A stretch of 51,380 bases of DNA, taken from the NCBI GenBank assembly GCA_002256025.1, contig NKIB01013792.1, positions 1 to 51,380 on the forward strand. Reading direction: 5' to 3'. Below, piece after piece: positions 11,133 to 22,600 of this stretch (positions are counted from its first letter, which is position 1; every line of letters begins with the position of its first letter). Origin of the DNA: Asterionella formosa (lineage: Eukaryota). The translations under genes and the position numbers were made by a program. The notes under the pieces are model-generated. The model did not search any database and was not told the DNA's origin. It saw only the letters and a program-made list of their open reading frames with translations.

Positions 11133-12426
11133 ATGGCAGGTGGTGGCAGTCCAGCTCTAGCAAACATCTTGATGCTCTACCTTTCCCTCCTCGGCCTCGG
11201 CGCACTCGGCGGGTACGCTGGCTTTTATTATTCCTTTTCTGGAAAATGTTCTGTACTGTTGCAGGAAGCACAAGCCCGCCATGATACATCTCGTCAGGCC
11301 TTTCAAGATAAATACGAAGCCGCCATAGAAGGCCAACGCCAGTGCCTGGTAGGTAGTAACGTCAAGGATCAATTCCATCAGCTGCAGGAAAAGTTGGCAT
11401 CACAGACCACCTTGGCCGATCGACACCAGGCACTCTTGGACAAGCAAGAAACAATGCTGGGAAGGCTATCTACGTTACAGCAGTTAAGCCAAGACAATGG
11501 GAACACGATGTATGAATTACGAGTGCAGTTGAACCAGGCGCGCATGGAATTGACCACGACGAAGCAAACATTGGATGTGGTGATCGGAGAAAGAGATGCC
11601 TTCACTGCCGACGTGCGGAGTCAACTGGAAGAAAAGGACATTCGCTTGGAACAACGAGAGAACGAGGTGCAGCTGTTGCAACACAATGCGAGAGAAGTTG
11701 AAAGGGTTATGCCAGTGCTGAAAGAGGAATTGAACTTTATCAAGGATTACTTTCGTCAACGAAGTTATGCGTTGTGTAAGATGGTGTAAGTTTGAATTCA
11801 TTGTAAAATAACTGACGGAATGATACGGTTTTGAAAAAGCTAATCTCATCCCAAACAGACACGGACCCGGTCCCTTCAAAGTGGAATTCACACTTTTGTT
11901 CCCCCGCAATATGGGCACAGAAGGGCCCTCAACGTTTTCCATCGAACTTGCACAAGTTTCCGACATGCCGCACACCATTTCTACATTTTTGGAACTTGTG
12001 GACCTTCAACTCTTTGACGGGACCGCTTTTGTCTCGTCTAGTGCCCAAATGATTGAAGGAGGATCACCCAATCATGCGGACGTTTCCCGAAGTGTCAAGA
12101 TTTACGAAACATATTTCAAGTACGGGTACAATCGCACTCCACTAGGCTTTAATGAATATTCGACCAAACACCCACACATTCCATGGACGATTGGGTTTCT
12201 AGGATCTCCTCATGCTGGCCCTAGTCTTGCCATCAATATGGCAGACAATTCTAAGTCACGTGGACCAACTTCTGATGGACATGGAGGAGAACCTTGTTTC
12301 GGAACAATTATTAGTGGATTTGATACGTTGAAGAGGATTCAATCTGCGCCCAAAAGTGCAGATGGTAATCGGTTGGCAAAGAATGTGGAAATCTTGTCGG
12401 TGCGACTTATCAATGCTTCGCCGTGA
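11133..12426 (+). CDS. Membrane-anchored coiled-coil protein with divergent cyclophilin-like domain; exons 11133-11785 and 11859-12426
   Basis: N-terminal hydrophobic helix and long heptad region. A GTAAG...CAG intron (11786-11858) gives in-frame VHGPGPFKVEF. Cyclophilin-like PHTISTFLELV..LFDGTAF, H.PWTIGF, GP...IN..DN and PCFGTIISGFDTL.RI. Confidence 0.8.
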
Positions 12427-13630
12427 GGGCGACACACACCACGAACGGAACTGTATGGGACATGAAAATCAAACTTAACCCATAGATTCAAATTTTTCTG
12501 GGAAGTTTACAATTTGCTGGACCTACCTACTGCATGCTTGATTGTAAGATAAAGCACCAAACTTTGTGTATATTACAATGAGATACATTTGCAATGTTCA
12601 GAAGCAAAAGAGTTGCCAATATAGTACAGTGAATAGAATGGAAGTATAGATGATCTCTCGTTGGTCCACTGTCAAAGGTTTGTTTGAAACGGAACCTTCA
12701 ACAATCGACTCATGTCGTCCCAATGCAGGACAGAAGGCCACAATGCAAAACATTTTTATAGCTACTATTACAGAAAACATGTATCATCACGTGCGTCCTG
12801 TTGAGTTTCAGAGTACTTGGTGCGTACCGTAGACCGTAGACTACACGCAGTAATGAGACCTGAAAAATGCTTTCTTGGCGTGAACGTTGAAACAGTTGCT
12901 AGGAGACTTACCGTTCTTCGTTTGTACGAATGGTATCAGGTACCGGTTGCCATTTTTGAGTGTGGAGTTCAGAATTCCTCATCATGCAGAAATTTTTTAC
13001 CTATACTACCAGGTAGTATCTCAAGTACCGGTAAGTGAAGACGTCACATTAGTATGCCATGTAGCTTTTGCTTGCGCTCGCATCGTCAAGATGACCTCTC
13101 GTACGACGCACTGTGGGCATGATGGTACCTGGCAAGATGCGGGAAGTGAGAAAACCGTATTTTACCGCAACTCCCATGGTATGGTGCGTACCTGGTACCA
13201 GGGACCTGGTAGTCGTAGCAGATGCAGCCATTTCATTCACATGGTTACATGCAGGATGAGGAAGAGTTGGGACATAATGCGCAGTAACAAGTTTCGTGTT
13301 GCTTTTATCGCCTGCTGTCGTGTGAATATCGGATGTTTTGCATCATCATGGTATCCTGAGTACAATTGTCGTTGTATCAAGTACTACCGGTATTTACTCG
13401 AAGTAGGTATGCATGACAGAACTCTCTTGAAAATCCTCGCCATTCGTCTTCACTTTGGTACAATATCTACTATACATTGACTGGTATTGATCAAACTGAT
13501 CCCCCTGCTTCTTTTTGTAAGAAACAACAATACAACCTTCGCGCATTTTTGTAGGAAGAGTCGATAATGGCAGGAACGAAGATTGCGTAGATTGTGAAGC
13601 AAAGCCTTTGAAAGATCCAACCTGCATGGT

Positions 13631-13672
13631 GATTGGAGATTGGTGATTGGTGATTGGAGATTTGAGATTGGT
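13631..13672. repeat. Heptamer tandem repeat (GATTGGW)x6, i.e. an array of reverse CCAAT boxes
   Basis: GATTGGA GATTGGT GATTGGT GATTGGA GATTTGA GATTGGT, about 80 bp upstream of ATG 13753. Confidence 0.8.
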
Positions 13673-13752
13673 GGTACCAGGGTCCATATTTGATTTAGTC
13701 CTGTCTTCCTTTGTAAATGATAGGAGACGCGGACTAAGTTTATCTGGCCCTA

Positions 13753-15234
13753 ATGACGACGATGGAGCTCAATGATGCACTTGGTACGACAAACAACATG
13801 AGTTCTCCTTCTGCAAGCTCGGACTTTTCAATGTTTCCGCCGGCACTCATTACAATTTCTTCAGTTTTGATTGACGCAAGTTCAAGATCGGAGCGCTATA
13901 ACGAAAGGATCTGGACGATTGTTGTCCTCTGGTTGACTGCGTCACTGCAGCAATCCAACATCAATACCCTTGTTTTATTTTGGTCTGCACTGCACCTGTG
14001 CTTCTTCTGTTCCATACTTAGTTGCTCTTATCAAGCCTACGTCATTCGATATGATTGGGCTGCCTTGACCAGGATGGATTTCTCCCGTTCACTGGCCCCT
14101 GCGATGATCGGACCGCTTCTCTACAGTGCCATCAACAGCACTCAACCAGTAGATCAGGCCAAAGTAATTTGGAACTGCGCCATTTTGTTTTGTGTTTCTT
14201 TTGTGGGACTATGCTGCTGGAGATGGAGCTCACAACGAACACAACAACTTCGAAACGAGTGCATTGGGATGCCCATTGTTGTCAACAATACTCGTTCCTT
14301 CAGCCCACTCAACGAAAATACATGGTACGAATGGAGCACATTGCAAGTATTACAATGGATTTCCGCACTTGACACGAGTTGGAAACACAGGGTCTGCGGG
14401 ATATTAGCTCCAGAATTCATTGATGGATCTGTGCTGGATGCACTGTCGCTTGCTGACCTGAGATATATGCGACTACCCCATGGTGATGCCATACGACTTT
14501 TGGACGAAATCGAGATTCTTGTCAAAAAGAACCCAAGACGGACAACGAGAGGGAATTATGGACTGGACGAACCATCTTCATTCGACATAGCATCGGTCAC
14601 ATCCGGATGGAACATGGGCGACGATGCACGTTTCCTTATGAAACCACCGATTCTTAAGGAGGAGTGCACGGTACCTCCTTCGCCATTTTCAACAAAGCCA
14701 ACGAACGGCGGCCATACTACAATGGACGAAGAGATGATTCAAAAAGCAAGAAAGTTGATGAAGGAAAAGTACGGTTTGGAAATTCCTGAGCTCAATACAA
14801 CTATGAACAACTCACAACCTATCCCAGCCGCACCACCATCGGTGGATACTTCTCATCTGACCTTTTTGCCGCCTGAATTTCTGGAATCAATGCCCCCTCA
14901 TATCTATGAGATTGCATCTCAGAAACCAGACCTTGTTCGCAAAATCATTGAATCTCGCCTGCAGAATGCTGGACCTACTGACACTGAAAAGACTCCCCCA
15001 GAAAACATGACAGCGTCAATTCAGCACAGTCAGCTTCGAAAATCCACAGCGTCCGTTGGTACGTATTTTGGAGCAGAAATGGATGGAACTTATTATTTGC
15101 CAGCCACTGTGGAAGCACCAACAGTTGAAGGTGGGTGGGATGAATCCAATCTAATACACGACGAAGAAATGGTTGACACAGAAATGACGGGTTTACTGAG
15201 AAATCGAGGGAGCAAGTATGCCTCTACTCCATAG
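13753..15234 (+). CDS. Multi-pass membrane protein with SAM (sterile alpha motif) domain
   Basis: About four hydrophobic segments, then SAM-like WSTLQVLQWI...EFIDGSVLDALSLADLRYMRLPHGDAIRLLDEIEIL (~14320-14525). Confidence 0.75.
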   Translation: MTTMELNDALGTTNNMSSPSASSDFSMFPPALITISSVLIDASSRSERYNERIWTIVVLWLTASLQQSNINTLVLFWSALHLCFFCSILSCSYQAYVIRYDWAALTRMDFSRSLAPAMIGPLLYSAINSTQPVDQAKVIWNCAILFCVSFVGLCCWRWSSQRTQQLRNECIGMPIVVNNTRSFSPLNENTWYEWSTLQVLQWISALDTSWKHRVCGILAPEFIDGSVLDALSLADLRYMRLPHGDAIRLLDEIEILVKKNPRRTTRGNYGLDEPSSFDIASVTSGWNMGDDARFLMKPPILKEECTVPPSPFSTKPTNGGHTTMDEEMIQKARKLMKEKYGLEIPELNTTMNNSQPIPAAPPSVDTSHLTFLPPEFLESMPPHIYEIASQKPDLVRKIIESRLQNAGPTDTEKTPPENMTASIQHSQLRKSTASVGTYFGAEMDGTYYLPATVEAPTVEGGWDESNLIHDEEMVDTEMTGLLRNRGSKYASTP

Positions 15235-15967
15235 TACACTTCACATTTGCCAAAACGAAAGGTGACTACACTGCCTCTTTCATCTACCATCAGTTACTTG
15301 ACGGTGTTATTAGAAATATCGTCTATAGGGTAGAACTCATTTCAACCGACATTCATTCGTTCGATGGATTTCAATTGCTCCCAGACTGGGAGTAACGCTC
15401 TTGTCGGAAGACATGGGGCCCGTAGGTGTATGTGACTTGCTGTTGAAATTGATATTTATATATTGATAGTACTACGGTATGCTTTTGTATTTACAGGTAT
15501 ATATACTAAAGCAATTATTTCAACTCTCGCGGAAAATTTGAGATACTGCTGCCGGCCTGTTCTATGTTCAGAGAGACCAACACATAGCGGGACATACCTA
15601 AGTGCTACTCCGTACCTGGTAGCATTACTATACATAAAGCGTTGCCGGCGTAAATGCCCGATTATTGTGATACTCTATTATTTTATTTAAAATACATACA
15701 CATCTACCTGAAAATATTAGTCATGTCATCATTATATTCCTCTTTGAATATAATACTGGTAGTTGGGAAATAGTAAAGATATTATGCATTTGCTTCGCGG
15801 ATGAATATGTTGTGTTGTTGTACCAAGCTGACAACCCAATAATGAGGATCAGCTCCTGATACTTCTTAATCCTATACCACAATTGTCGTTGGGACTATTC
15901 CATCATTATCTTATTTACATATTCAACTGTTGACACGTTTCTCTGAGGGATCGATACCTAAATCAAA

Positions 15968-17803
15968 ATGAGTCAATACATTCACAATCCATATCAGTCG
16001 AGGAAACCTTCTCATTCTAGCATATTACATCCTTCGTCAAAGAACTGCAGAAATACTCCATTGAGCAATTCCTACCAAACGTCAATGAGCAGCAATTCGA
16101 AGCATCAACACACAACAAAAACACATTCAACCACAAATGTGGTGAATGAAATGAGCGCGAAATCCATTCAGACACAAACGATGACATTCCAAATACACAA
16201 TAGCCACTTGTTGGTGTCACCTAGTCCAGTCAAGAACGATCCCGTCGCCAATCCATACCGGAAGAATGTTGGCAAGAAACCAGCAATTGTTAACCCATAT
16301 CTAAGACAGACAGAGAAAACAAAATCCTCTGCTTCTACCATTACTCGGCAAATTAACTTTGATGACGTGTGCCTGGCCGACAATATATTGTCGAAAATCT
16401 TGGAGAATGACGAGAGGAAAAGAGCGCTTTCATCTCATTCAACTGATATCAGTGGCAGGAAGAAATTAAAGGCCGAAGGAAACTATAACTTAATTACCCA
16501 GATGAGTCAAGATTGTGAGGAAATTGGAATAGACAGCGCGTCGCCAAGTCCACCCAAGTCAGTGCTTATTGAACATTCTTACCAGTCAAACGGGGCTAAG
16601 AAATCACCAATAGCTAATCCATATCTGAAGAAGAAAGAGATGCAAACTCCTGCTTCTACCCATACTGAGCAAATTAACTTTGATAACGCTTGTCTGGGTG
16701 AGAATGTCCTGTTGCAAATCTTGGATAGCAAAGAGAAGAAAAGTGCACCGATAACTTCGTCAACTGGTAAAGTAAGCCGGAAGAAATTAATGTCAACAGA
16801 AGGAGGCTCTAGCTTAATTGACGTAGAGAGTCAAGATTTTGAGCAATTTGGGAAATATTTGGTGTCGCCATGTCTGCCGAAGTCAATGTGTATTCAACAT
16901 TCTTACCATTCGAACAGGGCTAAGAAATCACCAATAGCGAATCCATATCTGAAGAAGAAAGAGAAACCAACTTCTGCTTCTACCCATACTGAGCAAATTA
17001 ACTTTGATGACGTTTGCTTTTGCGATAGTGTGCTGTTGGAAATCCTGGAAATAGCAGAGAAGAAAAGGGTACCGGCAACACTTCCTACTGATAAAGCCGT
17101 TAATAAAACAGCGAAACTCCATAATATCACTCAACTCAGTCAAGAATGTGAACAAGAAGGACATGAAGAACATCCTTCGACATATCCTTCCGTCATTTCA
17201 CCCATGAAACATACGCCACCCATTTATACAGGGACAACTGCTCGACGCCAACTGGAACCTACTAACGATGATGAGTTCTTTGATTGTATTGAAGATGTCG
17301 ATTCCTCTGAAAGGATTACCAATGAATCCAAGTGCGTCTCCAAGGTTGCGGCAACACCGCGAAGCCTGTTGTCTGCATTCGAAAATGAAGTCCAATCCCC
17401 TCCCTTGATGTCTAGCGCAAATCTCACAGAGTGGAAATATCGTCAAGACGATCTACCTAGATTAAGATTGATCTCCATGCGCAATGCTTTGGGAAAGTAT
17501 ATTCAAAAATTGGCATCATCTCCGCTGCGCGAACATGTCTCGCAGATGAGTCTGTCCAACGAAATTGATGAATTGAGAAAGAATCGGGTTATCCCCATGC
17601 AGTTTGCAGACATCATGCATGAGATTGAATATTTGGGAGGTTTGGCAATGACCAAAGACTTGCAGCTTCCAAGAAAGTTTACAATTGACTTACTGGTTCA
17701 CAAATATCGAGAGTTAAAGCAAGCATACGAGACAACACGAGGACGGTGTATTGGACAAAAATTTCATGAATCCTCTTTTCTTCTGAGGCACTTTGAGAAG
17801 TAG
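15968..17803 (+). CDS. Uncharacterised protein with three ~108-aa internal repeats (NPY motifs) and a C-terminal DUF4145/HEPN-like helical domain
   Basis: 611-aa ORF. Repeat unit PI(A/V)NPYL...SAST.T.QINFD..C....L..IL. The nucleotide repeat AAATCACCAATAGC..ATCCATATCTGAAG occurs at 16601 and 16925, a 324-nt period. Confidence 0.7.
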   Translation: MSQYIHNPYQSRKPSHSSILHPSSKNCRNTPLSNSYQTSMSSNSKHQHTTKTHSTTNVVNEMSAKSIQTQTMTFQIHNSHLLVSPSPVKNDPVANPYRKNVGKKPAIVNPYLRQTEKTKSSASTITRQINFDDVCLADNILSKILENDERKRALSSHSTDISGRKKLKAEGNYNLITQMSQDCEEIGIDSASPSPPKSVLIEHSYQSNGAKKSPIANPYLKKKEMQTPASTHTEQINFDNACLGENVLLQILDSKEKKSAPITSSTGKVSRKKLMSTEGGSSLIDVESQDFEQFGKYLVSPCLPKSMCIQHSYHSNRAKKSPIANPYLKKKEKPTSASTHTEQINFDDVCFCDSVLLEILEIAEKKRVPATLPTDKAVNKTAKLHNITQLSQECEQEGHEEHPSTYPSVISPMKHTPPIYTGTTARRQLEPTNDDEFFDCIEDVDSSERITNESKCVSKVAATPRSLLSAFENEVQSPPLMSSANLTEWKYRQDDLPRLRLISMRNALGKYIQKLASSPLREHVSQMSLSNEIDELRKNRVIPMQFADIMHEIEYLGGLAMTKDLQLPRKFTIDLLVHKYRELKQAYETTRGRCIGQKFHESSFLLRHFEK

Positions 17804-17961
17804 TGTATTGGAAAAATGAACGCTCCTTATCTAACTAGAGTTTTAGGCAACTAAAGGCGCTAAAATGTATTGTTACCTATTAATAATGTAAATTTTTGAA
17901 ACCGCCAATTAGTAGCACCTGGCCTAGCTAGTTGCAACACTCCCAGGTATTGTGACTTTTG

Positions 17962-18873
17962 TTACACTGAAATGACTTCTGAAATATGCACATCATCTTC
18001 ATTTTCCTCCATGGCAGCAATAGCATCTCGTGACATCCCACTCGTCAGTGGGTGAATGTATTGCGGTGCCGTACGGAGACTCTCATCAATCATGGTTCGA
18101 ATCATCCCCAATAATTCCTGCAAAATGTCAACATGAAGAAATTTGACTCTCCCATCTTCCCCAACAGTTCCAGAAGAGGAAGTGATTCGTGCAATGCGAA
18201 AGGATGAAAAGTCTAGATGTGTGGCTGCCATGATGGATAGATACATTGCTTTCACAATGGGAAGTTGAGCATCTGCCATGGTCAGTGGTCGATGCTTTTC
18301 CATATCCGCCAGCAGTTTCTTAAATGCCATGGGAGGTAGAGTAAAAGTAACAACGTCCAATCCCTTTTCACTGATCACTTCCGGAGCTTGCAATGTCACC
18401 TCCAAGGGTGCATCTGTGCGTTTACATAAGAAGGGCAAGAAGAGTTCCATCTGACTCCTGGTTGGTGTGAAAGACCGGTTCGCAAAGACACATCCGTGGG
18501 TGGATTCCAGCCATTGTAAAATTGGGTCTAATGCCTTGCTTCGTCCCTTCAACAAACAAAAGCTAAATCCAACAATGTCATTGCCCTCTCCTTGACAATT
18601 GGGGTATGCCAATACCAGCTGTGCTCCTATCTTGTCCTGTAGCCACGCTTCAATAATCATATGCCGGGTCGAGGTGTCATCCATCATGACGACGGTAACA
18701 TACGTTCCTTCCAAGTCGGCTGAATCATCAGTGGGAGGATGGTAGCGACGCAAACAGTCCGTCAAGTATTCCTCCATCCCACTCCTAGTTTGGCTTGTCA
18801 TGGGCGAGGAAAAGGGGCTCAGTGTCCACATGACCCACGTTTTAAACAAAAGACCCGACAAGGCGTCTGTCAT
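17962..18873 (-). CDS. CENPL: Centromere protein L (CENP-L/Fta1)-like
   Basis: N-terminal LLFKTWVMWTLSPF (cf. CENP-L L.KQW.LY.LTPL), central LLKG....ILQWLESTHGC.F (cf. W.Q..FDC.F) and C-terminal HLDFSSFRIARITSSSGTVGEDGRVKFL (cf. I.LSA.RL.RVST.....DGKIKIL). The 303-aa length fits. Recognised from recalled motifs. Confidence 0.7.
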   Translation of the reverse strand: MTDALSGLLFKTWVMWTLSPFSSPMTSQTRSGMEEYLTDCLRRYHPPTDDSADLEGTYVTVVMMDDTSTRHMIIEAWLQDKIGAQLVLAYPNCQGEGNDIVGFSFCLLKGRSKALDPILQWLESTHGCVFANRSFTPTRSQMELFLPFLCKRTDAPLEVTLQAPEVISEKGLDVVTFTLPPMAFKKLLADMEKHRPLTMADAQLPIVKAMYLSIMAATHLDFSSFRIARITSSSGTVGEDGRVKFLHVDILQELLGMIRTMIDESLRTAPQYIHPLTSGMSRDAIAAMEENEDDVHISEVISV

Positions 18874-19617
18874 GATGGTAGTGATTGCGACCGAGACTCT
18901 TCCTCTCTAGTTATCTCGGTGAGAAATGGATCCCAATGCAGTGACGGAATATAATCAATCCACTTCCGTTCCTGTCATAATGACGACATGACGAGATGAC
19001 GATGCATGCAATAATATAAAATGATCCATGATGGGCGGTCGTACAAGCAAGTCCATATTTTTGAGTTAGTCGCTGCCACATCGTCGCCGTCGTTTTTCAT
19101 GGTCCTAGACACAACTAGCGGTATACCGTATTCCGTATGCGGCCGTACGGTGTATCACTTGAGCATCGTTTACAAACTCAATATCGGTACATACGTACCG
19201 GTACGTCATATTGATTTATATTCATGTATAAAGATATGTTCACGGTATCCACGATAAACAAAATGTATAAAAAGATGCAATCATGAACGTGTACATTGTA
19301 TGCATCTGGTAAAAAATAGGCTGAATGCAGCATCATACGTGTAAAATATCCCACTTTTGTAAATCATCCATCAGCCAATCTTGTCGATGGACGATGGGAT
19401 AGTTTTCGTTTTCATTAAAATATCAAGCAATAAGACACAGACGAAGCCTCAATCACTGCGGACAGCTTCTATTTGCAACATTTGAAAAGTCAAAGTCGTG
19501 GAGCTGGAAGTACCACACAAGGAGTGGACTTCACCGAACCGATACAACACTTTGCATCAGCCAGAACACTACCGGGTATATTTATTATTGTTTCTATCCG
19601 TCCACATTTTCCAAAAA

Positions 19618-22600
19618 ATGCCTTCCACAGTAAAAGTTCGAATCAATGGCGCTCGTAATTTACCCATCATGGACGGACCCTCCCGCGCAAACGCATTGGT
19701 CAGTGGTGTCCTGAATTTGTCTCCCTCGACAGATGCATACGTTTCCGTCACATTGGGTGGTCATTCCGGATTGGTGGCGGACTATGAATTGGAAGTTGGA
19801 CCTGAAAAGTGCTTTACCGCCAGGACCAGAATTTGCAGAAGAACTCTCCATCCCGTGTGGGACGAAGAGTTCCGGTTCGAAGTCGCGGATGACACCGTCC
19901 TGCAAGATGAGCCACTTATTTTTAAAGTATGCGACAGTGAAGCAATGAGAGAAGACGAAAGTATAGGGCTTGTTTACATTGATTTGAATCCATTGCTGAC
20001 GCAAACTGCCCGCGAGGAAGATATGGATGAAGGTGGCACCATGGGGCGTCCGTTTGGTAAGATGCCTTCGAATATCACTGGAGGACGCGGTGGAGGTGGG
20101 GTGATTGATGGATGGTTCCCCTTGTATGACACACTGGGGGGCGTCAGGGGGGAACTCGGCCTTTCCATCAAGCTCACGTTTATTGGAGATGTTAATCCAT
20201 TTCGAGATAGTAGTGCTGGAGTCCAACTCTTTCCGTTCTCCACATTGGATCCCGCATCTGGTTACACCATCTCTCACGTTTTTGGGTTCGTAGAAGAACT
20301 GGTAGTGGCTGAAGACCCAGAATACGAATGGAAAACTAACTTTCGTCAGGCACGGTCCCAACACGAGACAAGGCAAACACTGCTATACTTGTTGGACGCA
20401 TCTGTTAGACGCAGAATGAGTAAGAAGGTCTTGGAGATGGGTGGAAATGCTGTTCTAGGGTATTACCAAAATTTCGATGTTGAAGGAGATTCTGGTATTG
20501 TCGCTCGGACATATGGTACTTGTGTTTTGATTGATCGACATAATCCAAATAGGAAGGTACCTTCCAAAACTCTGGCTCCGACAACTGATAGTGAAGGTGG
20601 CGATAGTATCAGACGTGATTTGAATTATTCTTCAGGTGAAATCAAAATTCAAGACGAACCAAACATTCCCTCACAGTCAGGCGTATCACATCGACGGGTT
20701 GGATCCATGTACATTTCCTCTGCTGACGCTGCAGTCAGGCATCGAGAAGGGCGCGAACAAGACGAAGTTCAGCTTCTCACCGTTCATGAATTTGACTCAA
20801 GTGTACGAGTCAGAATTGGTGGACTTGTTGTTGCTCGGAGTGTCAAATATCTGGGCAACCTAGCCTCAAAGTTGTCGGATCAAGAAACACGGTGAGTCAA
20901 TACAGAGGAAAAACAGGAAAATGAGGCCGGAGCAGCATATGTTATGTGGAAATTTTTCTCACATGCATTCAACTGGTGCTCAGTGATTCGTGGTGGAGCG
21001 AACTGAGAGATGAAATTCGGTCGCATGCAAAGATTCTTTGCTGTTCTCATGTGGTTGGCTACTTGGAGGCATCAACGATTCATGATGACGTTTGTGTTCT
21101 TTCTATCACTGGAACTGCTGCAAGCGTTCGTGGTCTTCCCGATATCACGCAATCGAGTTCAATTTGGAATACCCGCATTTTTCAGAAAGGTTCCAGCAAC
21201 ACCAAGTCCTCATCTGCTATGCAGGAAACTTCCGAGAAGCCCCCGGTTCGAAATGCCTTCAGAGCCGAACGATCGACCAGGAGAAAGAAGCGAGCGTTTG
21301 GAAAAAGTAAGAACGAAGAGTCTTTTTCTATGCAACAGTCCCCGATTATCAACAACAACCAGTTAGCAGATTACAGCAGTCAAACCAAAAGCGGTAATGC
21401 ACAAAAGATTCTCAGGGCTCGGCAGGCCAAACCATGTTCATATTGTCACGTTCCCTATCACCACAGAGTAGCACCGTTTGCCAACTTGCGTCTGGTTCCA
21501 TGTCTCATTTGCGGAAAGAAATGGGTCCCTGAAGTTATTCTTTCAACGATGGAGCCTCCCGCCAAATTGCCTATACGTGGATGTGGTGTGTTCATTCAGG
21601 CGCGAGTTTGCCGGTCTCGTCCAAAGGCTACTGGAGAAAGTGATGCTCTTGCTGTGAGTGAAGCTCTCCCGTTTCTCGAATATGAGCTTTCTAGACAACT
21701 TATGCTCAAGCTGAAGGTGTTGGGTAGAAACGCTGCATTTGGTCTCAAGAGTGAAGTTGACGTTGGTAGACAATTAATTGTCTCGACAGCCACAGCTACG
21801 GCTTTATTTTGTACTGCCATGCCACCTCCCCGAAACCTCGTGATTTCTCGAACCATCGCACTTAAGGACGAAGAGGATCATCAGCTAATGACTTTGCAAG
21901 AACAGATCCAGCAAATCTGTGCCAGCAATCGGCAGCGCCTTGGGGCGGCAGCCCAGCGATTTGCTGAGAAGGCTCGAACAACAAATGTACAGAAGATTCG
22001 GCGTCGGGCCGCTGCCAAGGTTGAGTCGACGCGGCGACGACAATCACTTTTAATGAAGGAGCGACCATCTGTCAAAGACGATCCGCCAAGTACTATGATG
22101 CCTTCTATAAACAGGACAACGTCTGATTATGTCTTGACAGTCGCATCCAACGATATGATATCCAATAGCGACTATGAGCCAACGGCAATTAGTCCAGGTG
22201 TCGTGATTTTGACATCACAATCGAAGAATGACGAAGAGCAGAAAAGCTCGTCGTCAAGTTCGGACATTCAATCAGAAAGCAGCAGCTCAACTTCGAGCTC
22301 ATCGTCAAGCAGTGCTAGTTCAAGTGATAGCGTCAAGGAATCTGGGGAGAGGAGAAGAAAGGACCCACTGGTGAAGCAAATGAGTCGAGTGAGTACCGCC
22401 TCATCCTTTTGTATCCAGGATGACGTGGGCAAAGACAGTGGAATTGAGTTTGACCTGGAAGATGGGTTCAATTCTGAATTCGGAGAAAACCAAAGTGGCC
22501 GTGATTTAGAATTGCGTGAAACTGACATTGAGGAACTTGATGAACTGGAAGAGAACACAAAGGTAGAGGAACTCATTTCACAAGGTGGCAGGGCTGGCAG

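Noticed and set aside
12887..13480. 197-aa ORF
   Set aside because: It has a TTG start, no recognisable motifs, and runs through GGTACC/ACCGGT-rich intergenic DNA.
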